Source of the DNA: an uncultured Acidobacteriota bacterium
Lineage (GTDB): Bacteria; Acidobacteriota; JAQAZP01
Assembly: GCA_963836075.1 (NCBI GenBank)
Contig: CAWIIB010000009.1
Span: forward strand, 2,624,001-2,688,000
DNA: 64,000 nucleotides
Direction of reading: 5' to 3'
Shown: positions 39,891-49,838 of the stretch, piece by piece
Position numbering within the stretch: the stretch's first letter is position 1
Layout of the letters: each line of letters opens with the position of its first letter
Translations under genes and position numbers: made by a program
The notes under the pieces: model-generated
Databases searched by the model: none
What the model was told of the DNA's origin: nothing
The model's input: the letters and a program-made list of their open reading frames with translations, nothing else

Positions 39891-42371
39891 ATGGTGAATC
39901 TAAAGAAAGTAGAGGTCAGGGATATCTTCGGCGCTCCAGGCCACCGGGAACTGGCGCTGCTCTGGGCCCTGGGGCTGGGCGGGATGGTTCTCTCGCTGGT
40001 ACTCTTCTTCTCCAGTGCGCCGGGGGCCCACGTCATCGCCCGGGTGGACCAGGACCAGGCTCGGGAAATTGCCATGGACTTCCTCGGCCAGCTTGGAATA
40101 CAGGGCGTGGAGGGGATGAGCGCCATCGAGACCATGAACACCCAGTCGGCCCACTACCTCTACCTCGATGAACGATACGACAGCTGGGAGGAGATCGAAC
40201 GGGGACAGGAACAACTGCCCGTGGGCAACTGGGCCTTCCAGTGGGAGGATGCCGGCTTCTTCGACCCTGTGGCGTCGGACAATTACCGGGTCAACGTCGA
40301 TTTCAACGGCCGGGTGATGGCCTACCGCCACAGCGGCATCGATGACGATTCAGGAGCTCATCCCGGCCGGGAGCAGGCCATGGCCATGGCCGGGAAAGCC
40401 CTCACCGCCGCCGGCATCGACCCGGCCCGTTGGGTGCTGGATGATTATTCGGAGCACAAGATCGAGGAGCGGACCGATTCGCTGCTGACCTGGGTCCCGG
40501 TGGAGCAGGGGGAGGAAGACATCCCCTACAAGATCACCATGACCCTCCACGGCAGCACCCTCGAGGCGGTGCGGATCAATCCCGGGCTGCCCGACCGTTT
40601 CTCCCAACTGGTGGAAAAGCACGAACAGCGGGCGGCCCTGATCCGCGGACTTCCCCGGTCGGTGGCCGGTTTCATGCTGCTGGTGGTTCTCGCCGCCGTA
40701 TTTCTCCGCCGTTACCACCAGGGCGAACTGGGGGTCAACCGTGGAATGCTGCTGGCCTCGATCTTTTTTGTCCTCTACTCCGTGGTGACGGCCATTGTCC
40801 TGCCGATTATCTTCGCCTCCACCGATGTGGGCGTGCTCAACATGGCCCAGGAAAAAGTGTTCATGTCGGTCTTCATGTTCGCTTTCCTCACCTTCGGCGC
40901 CAGCCTGCTGGTTTTTGTGGGCTACTCCGTGGGTGAGTCCTATGCCCGCGAAGGGTGGGCCGGGGTATTGCAGGCGGTGGACGGCCTCTTTGCCCGGCGG
41001 GTCTTCACCCGCTCCTTCGGCTGGTCGGTGCAGACCGGCTACCTTTGCGGCGCCGCACTGCTGGGGCTGGCCTCGGTGGCCCACTGGCTCTCCTACACTA
41101 TTCTGGGCTACCGCTTCCCGCACAGTTTTTCGCACTGGTCGGCATCGTGGCCGGTACTGCTGCTGTTCATCGGACCACTGGCCGGGGCGATATTCACCGA
41201 GACGGCGATCCGGCTTCCCCTCCTGGCCCTGGGCCGCTCCCTGCTCCCGCGGCGGCCGGGTCTCGGTCTGTTTCTCGGCGCCCTGGTCTCCTCCCTCTTC
41301 TTTGTGGTCTACTGCGATTTTCCCGCCCCCGATCATCTCTGGCTGGGTCTGGGGCTTTTCCTTCTCCTCGGCCTGCTGGGCTGTGCGGTGCTGGTCCGTT
41401 ACGGCCTGTTGGCCGCCATCTGGGCTACCTTCTTCAGTTCCATTCTGATTCCCCTGGGGCCGATGTTCACCTCCGGGCTGCCCTCGGTCAGGCTGGTCTC
41501 GATCATCGGTTTCTGCGGGCTGCTGGTGCCGGTGGTCCTGGCGGCGGCAGCTTTCCGCATCCGTCAGCCGGAGGAGGAACACAAGGACCTGCTCCCCGCC
41601 CACATCCGCCGGATCACCGAGCGGGAGCGGATGCAGAAGGAACTGGAGATCGCCCGCCACGTACAGATGAAGCTGCTGCCCAAGGAGTCCCCGCAGCTCC
41701 CGGGCTACGACGTGGCCGGTGTCTGCCTCCCGGCCACCGAGGTGGGCGGAGACTATTTCGACTTCATCAGCCTCGGGCGGGGCAAGCTGGGTATCGCCGT
41801 GGGCGACGTCTCGGGCAAGGGTGTATCGGCGGCGATCTACATGACCCTGACCAAGGGCATCCTGCAGTCCCACGTGGGCTTCGACGATTCGCCGGTGACC
41901 GTGCTGGGCCGGGTGAACAGCCTGATCTACCGCACCATCGAGAAAGGGATATTCATCAGCCTCTTCTATGCCGTGCTCGACACCGCGGCCCGGAAACTGA
42001 TCTACAGCCGTGCCGGCCACAACCCCGGGTTCCTGCTCAAGCAGGATTCCGTCGACTTCGAGTCGCTGCACCCGCCGGGGATGGCCCTGGGGCTGGACGA
42101 GGGCGCCCTCTTTTCCAGCATCATCGAGGAGAATACGGTTTCGCTCACCGCGGGCGACGTGCTCGTCTTTTACACCGACGGGATCACCGAGGCGATGAAC
42201 GTCCGCGAAGAGGAATACGGCGAGGATCGCCTGATGAAGTGCATCTCGCACAACTCCCACCTGCCCAGCAAGCAGATGGTGGACCAGATCACGGCCGACG
42301 TGAACCGTTTTGCCGGCACCCAGCCGCAGCATGACGACATCACCCTGGTGGTGATGAGAGTCCTCGACTAG
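39891..42371 (+). CDS. Multi-TM sensor fused to PP2C/SpoIIE (RsbU-like) phosphatase
   Basis: Extracytoplasmic domain plus many TMs; ELEIAR.VQ..LLP, GGDYFD, GDVSGKG, AGHNP, YTDGITE, DDIT. Confidence 0.92.
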   Translation: MVNLKKVEVRDIFGAPGHRELALLWALGLGGMVLSLVLFFSSAPGAHVIARVDQDQAREIAMDFLGQLGIQGVEGMSAIETMNTQSAHYLYLDERYDSWEEIERGQEQLPVGNWAFQWEDAGFFDPVASDNYRVNVDFNGRVMAYRHSGIDDDSGAHPGREQAMAMAGKALTAAGIDPARWVLDDYSEHKIEERTDSLLTWVPVEQGEEDIPYKITMTLHGSTLEAVRINPGLPDRFSQLVEKHEQRAALIRGLPRSVAGFMLLVVLAAVFLRRYHQGELGVNRGMLLASIFFVLYSVVTAIVLPIIFASTDVGVLNMAQEKVFMSVFMFAFLTFGASLLVFVGYSVGESYAREGWAGVLQAVDGLFARRVFTRSFGWSVQTGYLCGAALLGLASVAHWLSYTILGYRFPHSFSHWSASWPVLLLFIGPLAGAIFTETAIRLPLLALGRSLLPRRPGLGLFLGALVSSLFFVVYCDFPAPDHLWLGLGLFLLLGLLGCAVLVRYGLLAAIWATFFSSILIPLGPMFTSGLPSVRLVSIIGFCGLLVPVVLAAAAFRIRQPEEEHKDLLPAHIRRITERERMQKELEIARHVQMKLLPKESPQLPGYDVAGVCLPATEVGGDYFDFISLGRGKLGIAVGDVSGKGVSAAIYMTLTKGILQSHVGFDDSPVTVLGRVNSLIYRTIEKGIFISLFYAVLDTAARKLIYSRAGHNPGFLLKQDSVDFESLHPPGMALGLDEGALFSSIIEENTVSLTAGDVLVFYTDGITEAMNVREEEYGEDRLMKCISHNSHLPSKQMVDQITADVNRFAGTQPQHDDITLVVMRVLD

Positions 42372-42527
42372 GGGCCACATCTTTCCGCAGCCGCCAACCC
42401 CGGTTTCCTCCGGGGCGCAGGCGGTTTCCGGGTTCTCTTCCCCCCCGTTGCCCGCCGCAGCCGAACCATCCATTCCAAACTGTTCAATTTAAATATCATA
42501 TGAGGTTTTCATGGGCTTGGCTCGCCC

Positions 42528-42543
42528 TGGCACGCGGGTTGCT
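42528..42543 (+). promoter_or_regulatory. sigma54 (-24/-12) promoter
   Basis: TGGCACGCGGGTTGCT matches TGGCACG-N4-TTGCW exactly; AT-rich tract at 42480-42510. Confidence 0.8.
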
Positions 42544-42667
42544 GATTCAGTGGGCTTGCCGACCGGCGTCCCCCGGTGATCAGTGGTTCTGCCGCGCCCT
42601 CCCGGTTGTCGCGGCGCCGGGTACGGCACGGTCAACCGGACCAGGGGGGGAGGTGATCGGGGAAGTC

Positions 42668-42850
42668 ATGGATCGCACGGTCGACCAATGCGCCTGCCGG
42701 GTATTCCGGCAGTGGATCGGCCAGGCAGGAGAGAGAGAAGCAGGAGCCGCGGGAGAGCGGCTGTCACCGGTCTGGCGGCCGGTGCAGCTGCCTCCCGCCG
42801 GCGAAACCGAACATCTGGTGAAGCAAACCACGAGGAGAATCTTGAGATGA
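42668..42850 (+). CDS. Possible 60-aa leader ORF coupled to comEA
   Basis: GGAGGTGA upstream; its TGA overlaps the comEA ATG (ATGA); no recognisable motif. Confidence 0.3.
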   Translation: MDRTVDQCACRVFRQWIGQAGEREAGAAGERLSPVWRPVQLPPAGETEHLVKQTTRRILR

Positions 42851-43227
42851 GCGACCACAAACGCAGTGGCAGGTTTTTCTGGCTGACCGTTTTGACGGCC
42901 TGTCTGATGCTGGCGGCGGTGCAGGCCGATTGCCCGGCCTCCACCGGCGCCGCCCCGGCCAAGGCCTCCGCGGCCCTGGAGGGGGTGGTGAACCTGAACA
43001 CGGCCACCGAGTCCGAACTGACCCGGCTCCCCCGGGTGGGTGAGGCGGTGGCCCGGCGGATCATCGCCTTCCGCGAAAAGCACGGTCCCTTCCAGCGGCC
43101 CGAGGACCTGATGAACGTCCAGGGCATTGGCCAGCGGACCTTTGACCAGCTCCGTCCCCACCTGGCGGTGGAGGGGGAGACCACGCTGAAGCCGTTGCCG
43201 ACCGCGGGTAGCAAGGCGAAAAAATAG
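42847..43227 (+). CDS. comEA: ComEA family helix-hairpin-helix DNA-binding protein
   Basis: Signal peptide; VNLNTATESELTRLPRVG..A.RII.FRE.HGPF...DLMNVQGIG; SD GAGGAG. Confidence 0.93.
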   Translation: MSDHKRSGRFFWLTVLTACLMLAAVQADCPASTGAAPAKASAALEGVVNLNTATESELTRLPRVGEAVARRIIAFREKHGPFQRPEDLMNVQGIGQRTFDQLRPHLAVEGETTLKPLPTAGSKAKK

Positions 43228-43230
43228 TCA

Positions 43231-43695
43231 GTGAGCGAGGGGGCCGGCCCGCTGCCGCCGCGGCCGGCCCCCGTGGATGCGGGTGCCGGCGGTTGGAGCG
43301 GGATCGAGGTGAGGGATCGCTGGGTGTTCGGGGTGGAGGCCAGGGACGGTGTGTTCTTCTGTGCGGCCATGGCCGAGGACGGGACGGTGCGGGCGATGAG
43401 GGTCTTTCCTCCCGGGTCCCGGGGGGTGGAGCAATTCGTCCGTTTCGCCGCCCGGCAGGGGCCGGCACGGCAGCCGCCGGTGATCGGGTTGCTGGACCGG
43501 ACCAGCGGTCCGGCCGGCGTCCGCGACCTGGCCGAGGCGTTCCGGCGGGAGGGGTTCCAGGTCTGTCCGGTGAATGGTGAAACCCTGGCCGGGTCGTGTC
43601 CCGCCGTCGGCCTGGCCCTGGACGGCGGACGGAACTCGCGGCGGGCGGCCCGGGCCATGCTTGCGGCCGGGGTGGACCGGGAGAGGTCGGGATGA
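43231..43695 (+). CDS. Stand-alone degenerate IS110/Piv N-terminal (RuvC-like DEDD) domain protein; alternative start GTG 43309
   Basis: VFGVE..F.CA.M.EDG...F....GV..F; LLDRTSG; LAE.F..EGF.V.PVN; RNSRRAAR.ML align by eye with IS110 GID / EATG / VNP / KTD..DA. Confidence 0.55.
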   Translation: MSEGAGPLPPRPAPVDAGAGGWSGIEVRDRWVFGVEARDGVFFCAAMAEDGTVRAMRVFPPGSRGVEQFVRFAARQGPARQPPVIGLLDRTSGPAGVRDLAEAFRREGFQVCPVNGETLAGSCPAVGLALDGGRNSRRAARAMLAAGVDRERSG

Positions 43696-44312
43696 GTGAC
43701 CAGCTGAACCATTCCGGGCACCGCGGCCTCTCGCTGCCCGAGGTCTGCCTGGCCCTCTGCCTCCTCGGGTTGGCTGCCGCCGCCGTGCTGCCCGCCTGCA
43801 CGTCCTGGATCGACGGGGCCCGGCTGGGCGCGGCCAGCAGCCGGGTGACCATGCTCCTGCGCCAGGTGCGCTACCAGGCCATTGCCCGCGCGGTCTGCCG
43901 CGGGGTGGTCTTCGGTCCCGGCGCTGACGGGCAGACGGTGGTCTACCGGGTGGTGGAGGACGGCAATGGCAACGGCATCAGGCGGGCCGAGGTGGAGTCG
44001 GGGATCGATCCGGTGGTGGACGGCCCGGTGGACCTGGCCACCGAGCACGGCGGCGTCCGTTTCGGCATCATCGATACGGAACCGGTTCCGGTTCTCCCTC
44101 CCGGCTCCGGCACACTCACCAACCCGTCCGACCCGGTCCGCTTCGGCTCGTCCGACCTGGCCTCCTTCACCCCCCAGGGCACCTCCTCCTCGGGAACCGT
44201 CTACCTCCTCTCTCCCCGGGGCCGGATGCGGGCGGTGAGCCTCTACGGGATCACCGGCCGCATCCGGGTCTGGGACTACCTGCCGGCACGGGGAATTTGG
44301 GTCCGCCGCTAA
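43692..44312 (+). CDS. GspH/FimT-like minor (pseudo)pilin
   Basis: Class III signal RG|LSLPE plus hydrophobic helix; LRQVRYQAIAR, FTPQG.SS.GTVYL, GITGRIR; ATGA overlap with previous ORF. Confidence 0.88.
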   Translation: MSDQLNHSGHRGLSLPEVCLALCLLGLAAAAVLPACTSWIDGARLGAASSRVTMLLRQVRYQAIARAVCRGVVFGPGADGQTVVYRVVEDGNGNGIRRAEVESGIDPVVDGPVDLATEHGGVRFGIIDTEPVPVLPPGSGTLTNPSDPVRFGSSDLASFTPQGTSSSGTVYLLSPRGRMRAVSLYGITGRIRVWDYLPARGIWVRR

Positions 44313-44325
44313 TCCCCTGCGTTTC

Positions 44326-44354
44326 TTGACTCACCCCACGTGGTGTGTTACCTT
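44326..44354 (+). promoter_or_regulatory. sigma70-type promoter for gcv operon
   Basis: TTGACT-17 nt-TACCTT with extended TG. Confidence 0.55.
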
Positions 44355-44441
44355 TTTCTTTCTTGGTTGCCCGGCCCCGGGCATCCGGTTAACAGACAGT
44401 GTTATCAATTATTTGCGATATGTCTCGGAAAGGGTTTCCCC

Positions 44442-45558
44442 ATGGCCGCCAACGAGAGTTCACCCGTGAAAAAGACGGCGCTCAACGCCGCGCACCGTCA
44501 GCTGGGCGGGAAGATGGTCGAGTTCGCCGGATGGGATCTGCCCACCCAGTTCAAGGGGGTGATCGAGGAGCACATGGCGGTGCGCACCACTGCCGGTCTC
44601 TTCGACGTCAGCCACATGGGCGAGGTGGAGATTTCCGGGCCGGACAGCCTCGACTTTCTGCAGTGGATCACCTGCAACAACGCGGCGAAGCTGAAGGTGG
44701 GGCAGATCCAGTACCTCGGCCCTGATGCACCCGGCGGGCACCTTTGTGGACGACCTGCTGGTCAACCGCCTGGGCGAGAACGAATACATGCTCTGCATCA
44801 ACGCGGCCAACGCGGCCAAGGACGTGGAGTATATCCAGTCCCGGGTCCGGGGCGACGTCAACGTGATCAACCGCAGCGACGACTACGTCCAACTGGCGCT
44901 GCAGGGCCCCAACGCCCAGGCGATCCTCGACCCGCTGACTCCCGCCGACCTGGAGAGCATCAAGTACTACCGCCTGGTGCGTGACACCGTGCTGGACGCG
45001 CCGTCGATCATCTCCCGCACCGGGTACACCGGGGAGGACGGGTTCGAGATCTACACCGCCCCCGAGCACGCGGAGAAGGTCTGGTTCGCCCTGCTGGAGC
45101 GCGGCGAGCAGGGCGGCTTCGGCCTGCAGCCCATCGGCCTCGCCGCCCGGGACACCCTGCGCCTGGAAGCGAAGATGGCGCTCTACGGCAACGATATCGA
45201 CGACAGCACCACGGTCTACGAGGCGGACCTCGGCTGGATCGTCAAGCTGAAAAAGGGCGACTTCATCGGCCGCGACGTGCTGCTGCGGCAGAAGGAGGAG
45301 GGGGTCAAGCGGATCCTCGCCGGCTTCGAGATGGTGGGGCGGGGAATCGCCCGCCACGGGTACCCCATCGTGCATGGCGGCGGGGAGTGCGGCCAGGTGA
45401 CCAGCGGCAGCTTTGCCCCCTACCTGAAGAAGAACATCGGCCTGGGATACGTGCCGACGGAGGTGAGCGAGGTAGGAACCGACATCGCCGTGCTCATCCG
45501 CGGCAGGGAAGTGCCGGCCAGAATCGTTGAAACACCATTCTACAAGCGTCAGAAGTAA
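44442..45558 (+). CDS. gcvT: Glycine cleavage aminomethyltransferase T (+1 frameshift at ~44715, probably a sequence error)
   Basis: LFDVSHMGE in the first frame; ISRTGYTGEDGFE and ARDTLRLEA in the second; removing one C gives QY-SALMH. Confidence 0.92.
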
Positions 45559-45617
45559 GGCCTGCCGGAGCAGGGGCGGAGCCCCGTCAATCGGCACAGC
45601 ACGGAGGAGGAGCAGCG

Positions 45618-46001
45618 ATGAACCCGCAGGATCTCCTGTACACCAAGGAACACGAATGGATCAGGGTCGAAGGCGAGGACGGCGTGGTGGGCATCACCGA
45701 TCACGCCCAGAAGGAACTGGGGGACATCGTCTACGTGGAAACTCCGGAAACCGGGGCTGAGGTGAAATCGGGAGACGAGGTGGGCACCATCGAATCGGTG
45801 AAAGCCGTGTCCCCGCTCTACAGCCCGCTCACCGGCGAAGTGCTGGCGGTGAACGGTGACCTGGACGACGCGCCCGAACTGCTGAACCAGGAGCCGTACG
45901 GCGGCGGCTGGATCTACCGCATGCGCCTGGGCAACACGGGCGAACTTGAAGGCCTGATGAAGGCTGAAGACTACGAGAAGATGGTCTCTTCCGAAGAGTG
46001 A
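45618..46001 (+). CDS. gcvH: Glycine cleavage H protein
   Basis: YTKEHEW, GITDHAQKELGDIV, lipoyl site ESVKAVS. Confidence 0.97.
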   Translation: MNPQDLLYTKEHEWIRVEGEDGVVGITDHAQKELGDIVYVETPETGAEVKSGDEVGTIESVKAVSPLYSPLTGEVLAVNGDLDDAPELLNQEPYGGGWIYRMRLGNTGELEGLMKAEDYEKMVSSEE

Positions 46002-46005
46002 CACG

Positions 46006-47355
46006 ATGCGACGCTTTATCCCCAATTCCGATACGGACCGTGCGGCGATGCTCGAGGAGATCGGGCTGAAGGACAGCGAGGAGCTGTTCTCCCACATCCC
46101 CGGGCAACTGCGCTTCCAGGGTGATCTGGATATCCCGGGGCCGCTCTCCGAGCCCGAACTCACCGCCCGGATGGCCGAACTGGCCGAGGCCAACACGGCG
46201 ATCCGGCCCGCCGACGCCTTCATCGGCGCCGGTGCATACGCCCACTACCTTCCGGCGGCCCTGGACGGGGTCATCTCCCGCTCCGAGTTCCTCTCCGCCT
46301 ATACCCCATACCAGGCGGAGATCAGCCAGGGGACCCTGCAGGCCATTTTCGAGTTCCAGACCATGATCTGCCAGCTCACCGGTATGGACGTGGCCAACGG
46401 CTCGCTCTATGACGGGGCCACCGCGGTGGCTGAAGCGGTGCTGATGAGCCTGCGGGTCAGCCGCAACCGCCGCCGGGTGGTGGCCGCCGGCAGCCTCAAC
46501 CCGCTCTACCGCGACGTGATGCGGACCTATCTGAGCAATCTCGACATCCAGCTGGACGAAGTCCCCTTCGACAGTGGCGGGACCGTGGACCCGGGATCTC
46601 TGGCCGGGCAACTGGAGGACGCTTCCTGCCTGGTGCTGCAGCACCCCAACTTCTTCGGCCGGCTGGAGGACGTATCCGGTCTCACCGCGGCGGCCCACGA
46701 GGCCGGCGCCCACGTGGTGGCCGCGGTCTCCGAACCGGTCAGCCTGGGCCTGCTCACCGCGGTGGGCGATCTGGGCGTCGACCTGGTGGCCGGCAACGGC
46801 GCCTCTTTCGGCAACCCGCTCAGCTTCGGCGGCCCGGGTCTGGGCTTCATCGCCTGCCGCCAGAAAATGGTGCGCAGCCTGCCCGGCCGGCTGGCCGGCC
46901 AGACCGTGGACCAGGACGGCCGCACGGCGTACGTGCTGACCCTCGCCACCCGCGAGCAGCACATCCGCCGGGCCAAGGCCACCTCTAACATCTGCACCAA
47001 CCAGGCGCTCTGCGCCACTGCGGCCACCGTCTTCATGTCGCTGATGGGGCAGGACGGCGCCCGCGAGCTGGCCCGGCAGAATGCACTGAAGAGCCACTAC
47101 GCCCGGGGCAGGCTCACCGCCATCCCCGGCGTGGAAGACCTCTTCCCCGGGCCCTGTTTCAACGAGTTCGTGCTGCGTCTGCCCGGTGATGCCGGGCGCG
47201 TGGCCGAGGCACTGCTGAAAGACAGGATCCTGGGCGGCCTGCCGCTGGGCAGTTATTACCCCGATCTGGCCCATGCCATGCTCTTCTGCGTCACCGAGGT
47301 GAACAGCCGGGAGAGTATCGACCGCCTGGCCGCCAGGCTGGAGGGTGCGCTATGA
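46006..47355 (+). CDS. gcvPA: Glycine dehydrogenase subunit 1
   Basis: YTPYQAEISQGTLQ, SLYDGATA, FGGPGLG, TREQHIRR.KATSNICTNQAL. Confidence 0.97.
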   Translation: MRRFIPNSDTDRAAMLEEIGLKDSEELFSHIPGQLRFQGDLDIPGPLSEPELTARMAELAEANTAIRPADAFIGAGAYAHYLPAALDGVISRSEFLSAYTPYQAEISQGTLQAIFEFQTMICQLTGMDVANGSLYDGATAVAEAVLMSLRVSRNRRRVVAAGSLNPLYRDVMRTYLSNLDIQLDEVPFDSGGTVDPGSLAGQLEDASCLVLQHPNFFGRLEDVSGLTAAAHEAGAHVVAAVSEPVSLGLLTAVGDLGVDLVAGNGASFGNPLSFGGPGLGFIACRQKMVRSLPGRLAGQTVDQDGRTAYVLTLATREQHIRRAKATSNICTNQALCATAATVFMSLMGQDGARELARQNALKSHYARGRLTAIPGVEDLFPGPCFNEFVLRLPGDAGRVAEALLKDRILGGLPLGSYYPDLAHAMLFCVTEVNSRESIDRLAARLEGAL

Positions 47356-48850
47356 CCACCAACGGAACCACCTTCCGGGAGCCGTTGATCTTCGACATCG
47401 GCGGCGAAGGCCGCACCGGTTTTGCGCTCCCTGCCCTGGACGTGCCCGACACCGATCTGGCCGACGTGCTGGGCGAGGGAAACGTGCGTGACTCGATTCC
47501 CGGTTTCCCCCGGGTGAGCGAGGTGGAGGTGGTCCGCCACTTCTACCGTCTCTCCAAGTGGAACTACTGTATCGAGAACGGGCTCTACCCCCTCGGCTCA
47601 TGCACCATGAAGCACAACCCGCGGATCAACGAGGTGCTGGCCCGGCTCCCCGGGTTCGTGGAGAGCCACCCGTTACGGCCCACTTCGGCGGCCCAGGGCA
47701 ACCTGGAACTGCTGCACCATCTATCCGGCCTGCTGGCCGAGATCACCGGCCTGGATGCGGTGACCCTGCACCCCTGCGCCGGGTCCCATGGCGAATTGAC
47801 CGGGATGATGCTGGTCAAGAAGCATTTCGACACCCTGGGTGAGAAGCGGAAAACGGTGCTGATCCCCGATTCGGCCCACGGCACCAATCCGGCCAGCGCG
47901 GTGATCTGCGGTTTTGAAGCGAAGGAGATCCCCTCCGGTCCCGACGGCTGCGTGGACCTGGCACGCCTGGAAGCGGAGATGAGCGAGGACGTGGCGGCCC
48001 TGATGCTGACCAACCCCAACACCCTGGGGGTCTTCGAGCGCCAGATGGACCGCATCACCGAGATCGTCCACTCCCACGGCGGGCTGGTCTACATGGACGG
48101 GGCGAACATGAATGCCCTGCTGGGCAAGGTCCGCCCCGGGGACATGGGTGTGGACGTGCTGCACCTCAACCTGCACAAAACCTTTTCCACCCCCCACGGC
48201 GGCGGCGGCCCGGGCAGCGGCCCGGTGGCGGTGAAAAAAATACTGGAACCCTACCTGCCCCTGCCGGTGGTGACCCGCGTGGAGCAGGACGGGGGCCAGT
48301 GGTTTGAAGAGGACTACAACCGGCCCGCCTCCATCGGCCGCATCGGCGCCTTTTTCGGAAACTTCGGCACCACTGTGCGGGCGCTCTGCTACATCCTCAC
48401 CATGGGGCCTGAAGGCCTGGCCCGGGTCTCCGAGATGGCCGTGCTCAACGCCAACTACATCCGCCGCAAGCTCGAGCCGTTCTTCCATCTCAAGTACAAA
48501 AGCCCAGTGCTGCACGAGGTGGTCTTCGACGACAAGCTCCAGGCCGAGCACGGAGTGTCGGTGGGTGACATGGCCAAGCGGCTGATGGATTTCGGATTCC
48601 ACCCGCCCACGGTGAGCTTCCCCCTGATCGTGCACGGCGCGATGATGATCGAACCCACCGAGACCGAGCCGCGGGAGGAGATCGACCGTTTCATCGAGGC
48701 GATGATCCAGATTGCCGGAGAGGTGAAGAGCAATCCGGACCTGATCACCACGGCGCCCCGCAGCACACCGGTCAGCCGGCTGGACGAGGTGCAGGCGGCA
48801 CGCAAACCGGTGCTCAGGTGGACGCCGGGGGACGGGGGGAAGGGCAGTAG
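47352..48850 (+). CDS. gcvPB: Glycine dehydrogenase subunit 2 (true stop probably TAG 48848-48850)
   Basis: PLGSCTMK, SAHGTNPASA, NLHKTFSTPHGGGGPG, IEPTETE; the ORF runs on to 49958 antisense to maf unless one G is added in the G runs at 48827-48839. Confidence 0.9.
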
Positions 48851-48854
48851 CGCA

Positions 48855-49478
48855 TCAGCTCCAGCGGAACGATTCTTCGGGAAACCCGGTCTGCAGCAGC
48901 AGCTGGTAGAGCAGGGACAGCGGCAGGCCCACCACATTGGAGTAACTGCCTTCGATGTGCTCCACAAAGACGGCGGCCCGGCCCTGGATGCCGTAGCCGC
49001 CGGCCTTGTCGTCCGGCTCGCCGCTGGCCACGTAGCGCTCGATCTCCGATTCGGTGAGCCGGAGGAAGGTTACCGCGGTCTCGGCCACGTCGGCCAGCAG
49101 CTCCCCGCCGTCCGGCGGCAGCACGGTGACCCCGGTGACCACCCGGTGGGTGGCGCCGGAGAGCCCGCGCAGCATCCGCGCCGCGTCCTCACGGTCCACC
49201 GGCTTGCCGAGGATCTCCCCGTTGTTCACCACCACCGTGTCCGCGGCGATCACCCAGTGCTGCTCGTTCCACCTGCCGGCCGTGCGTGCCTTGGAGCGCG
49301 ATACCCGCAACACGAAATCCTCGGGCGGCTCCCCGGGCACCGCGATCTCCGGGACCCTCGACGGCCGGATGATGAAACTGAGCCCGATCTCGCGCAGCAG
49401 CTCGGCGCGCCGGGGCGAGGCCGAGGCCAGAATCAGCCCGGGACCGTTGCCGGTCTGTTTCTCCGGGGTACCTGTCAT
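48855..49478 (-). CDS. maf: Maf family nucleotide pyrophosphatase
   Basis: LILASASPRR, IAADTVV, LGKP, DKAGGYGIQG, GSYSNVVGLP. Confidence 0.96.
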   Translation of the reverse strand: MTGTPEKQTGNGPGLILASASPRRAELLREIGLSFIIRPSRVPEIAVPGEPPEDFVLRVSRSKARTAGRWNEQHWVIAADTVVVNNGEILGKPVDREDAARMLRGLSGATHRVVTGVTVLPPDGGELLADVAETAVTFLRLTESEIERYVASGEPDDKAGGYGIQGRAAVFVEHIEGSYSNVVGLPLSLLYQLLLQTGFPEESFRWS

Positions 49479-49498
49479 GGCTGGTGGCCTCTCCGGGA

Positions 49499-49810
49499 TC
49501 AGCCGGAGCGCGCCCGGCTTACCCGCGTTTTCTTTTTTTTTTTACGCCCCGGGGCAAAGAAGCGGCGGTGCAGCATCCAGCCGGCCAGCAGGCCGGGGAC
49601 CAGGCCGAGGTTCAGCCGCAGCACCAGGCCGGTGGTCAGCCGGAAGATCCCGAAATCCGGGCTGGCGGCGGGGAGGAGCTGCAGGGGAACCCCGTGGAGG
49701 ATGAACGCCGGCAACCGGCCCTGCCCGTCCAGCAGCACGCCGGCAGCCCGGAAGAGCGCCATGCCGATGGCGCCGCAGATCAGCAGCAGGGCCGCCAGGT
49801 GCAGCGCCTG
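49499..49810 (-). CDS. Small membrane protein, DUF4321-like (start uncertain)
   Basis: Two hydrophobic segments; DFGIFRLTTGLVLRLNLG.V.GL; upstream of maf; no clear start codon. Confidence 0.45.
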   Translation of the reverse strand, partial: QALHLAALLLICGAIGMALFRAAGVLLDGQGRLPAFILHGVPLQLLPAASPDFGIFRLTTGLVLRLNLGLVPGLLAGWMLHRRFFAPGRKKKKKTRVSRARSG

Positions 49811-49838
49811 TCCGGAGTTGCTGCCGGCCGGGCGGGTG

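Noticed and set aside
43231-43695. Active IS110 element
   Set aside because: No C-terminal transposase domain, catalytic Asp residues missing, and the ORF is coupled to flanking genes; kept as a domestication hypothesis
44313-44441. Glycine riboswitch before gcvT
   Set aside because: No GGAGA/CCGAAG/CTCTCAGG aptamer motifs, and the leader is short
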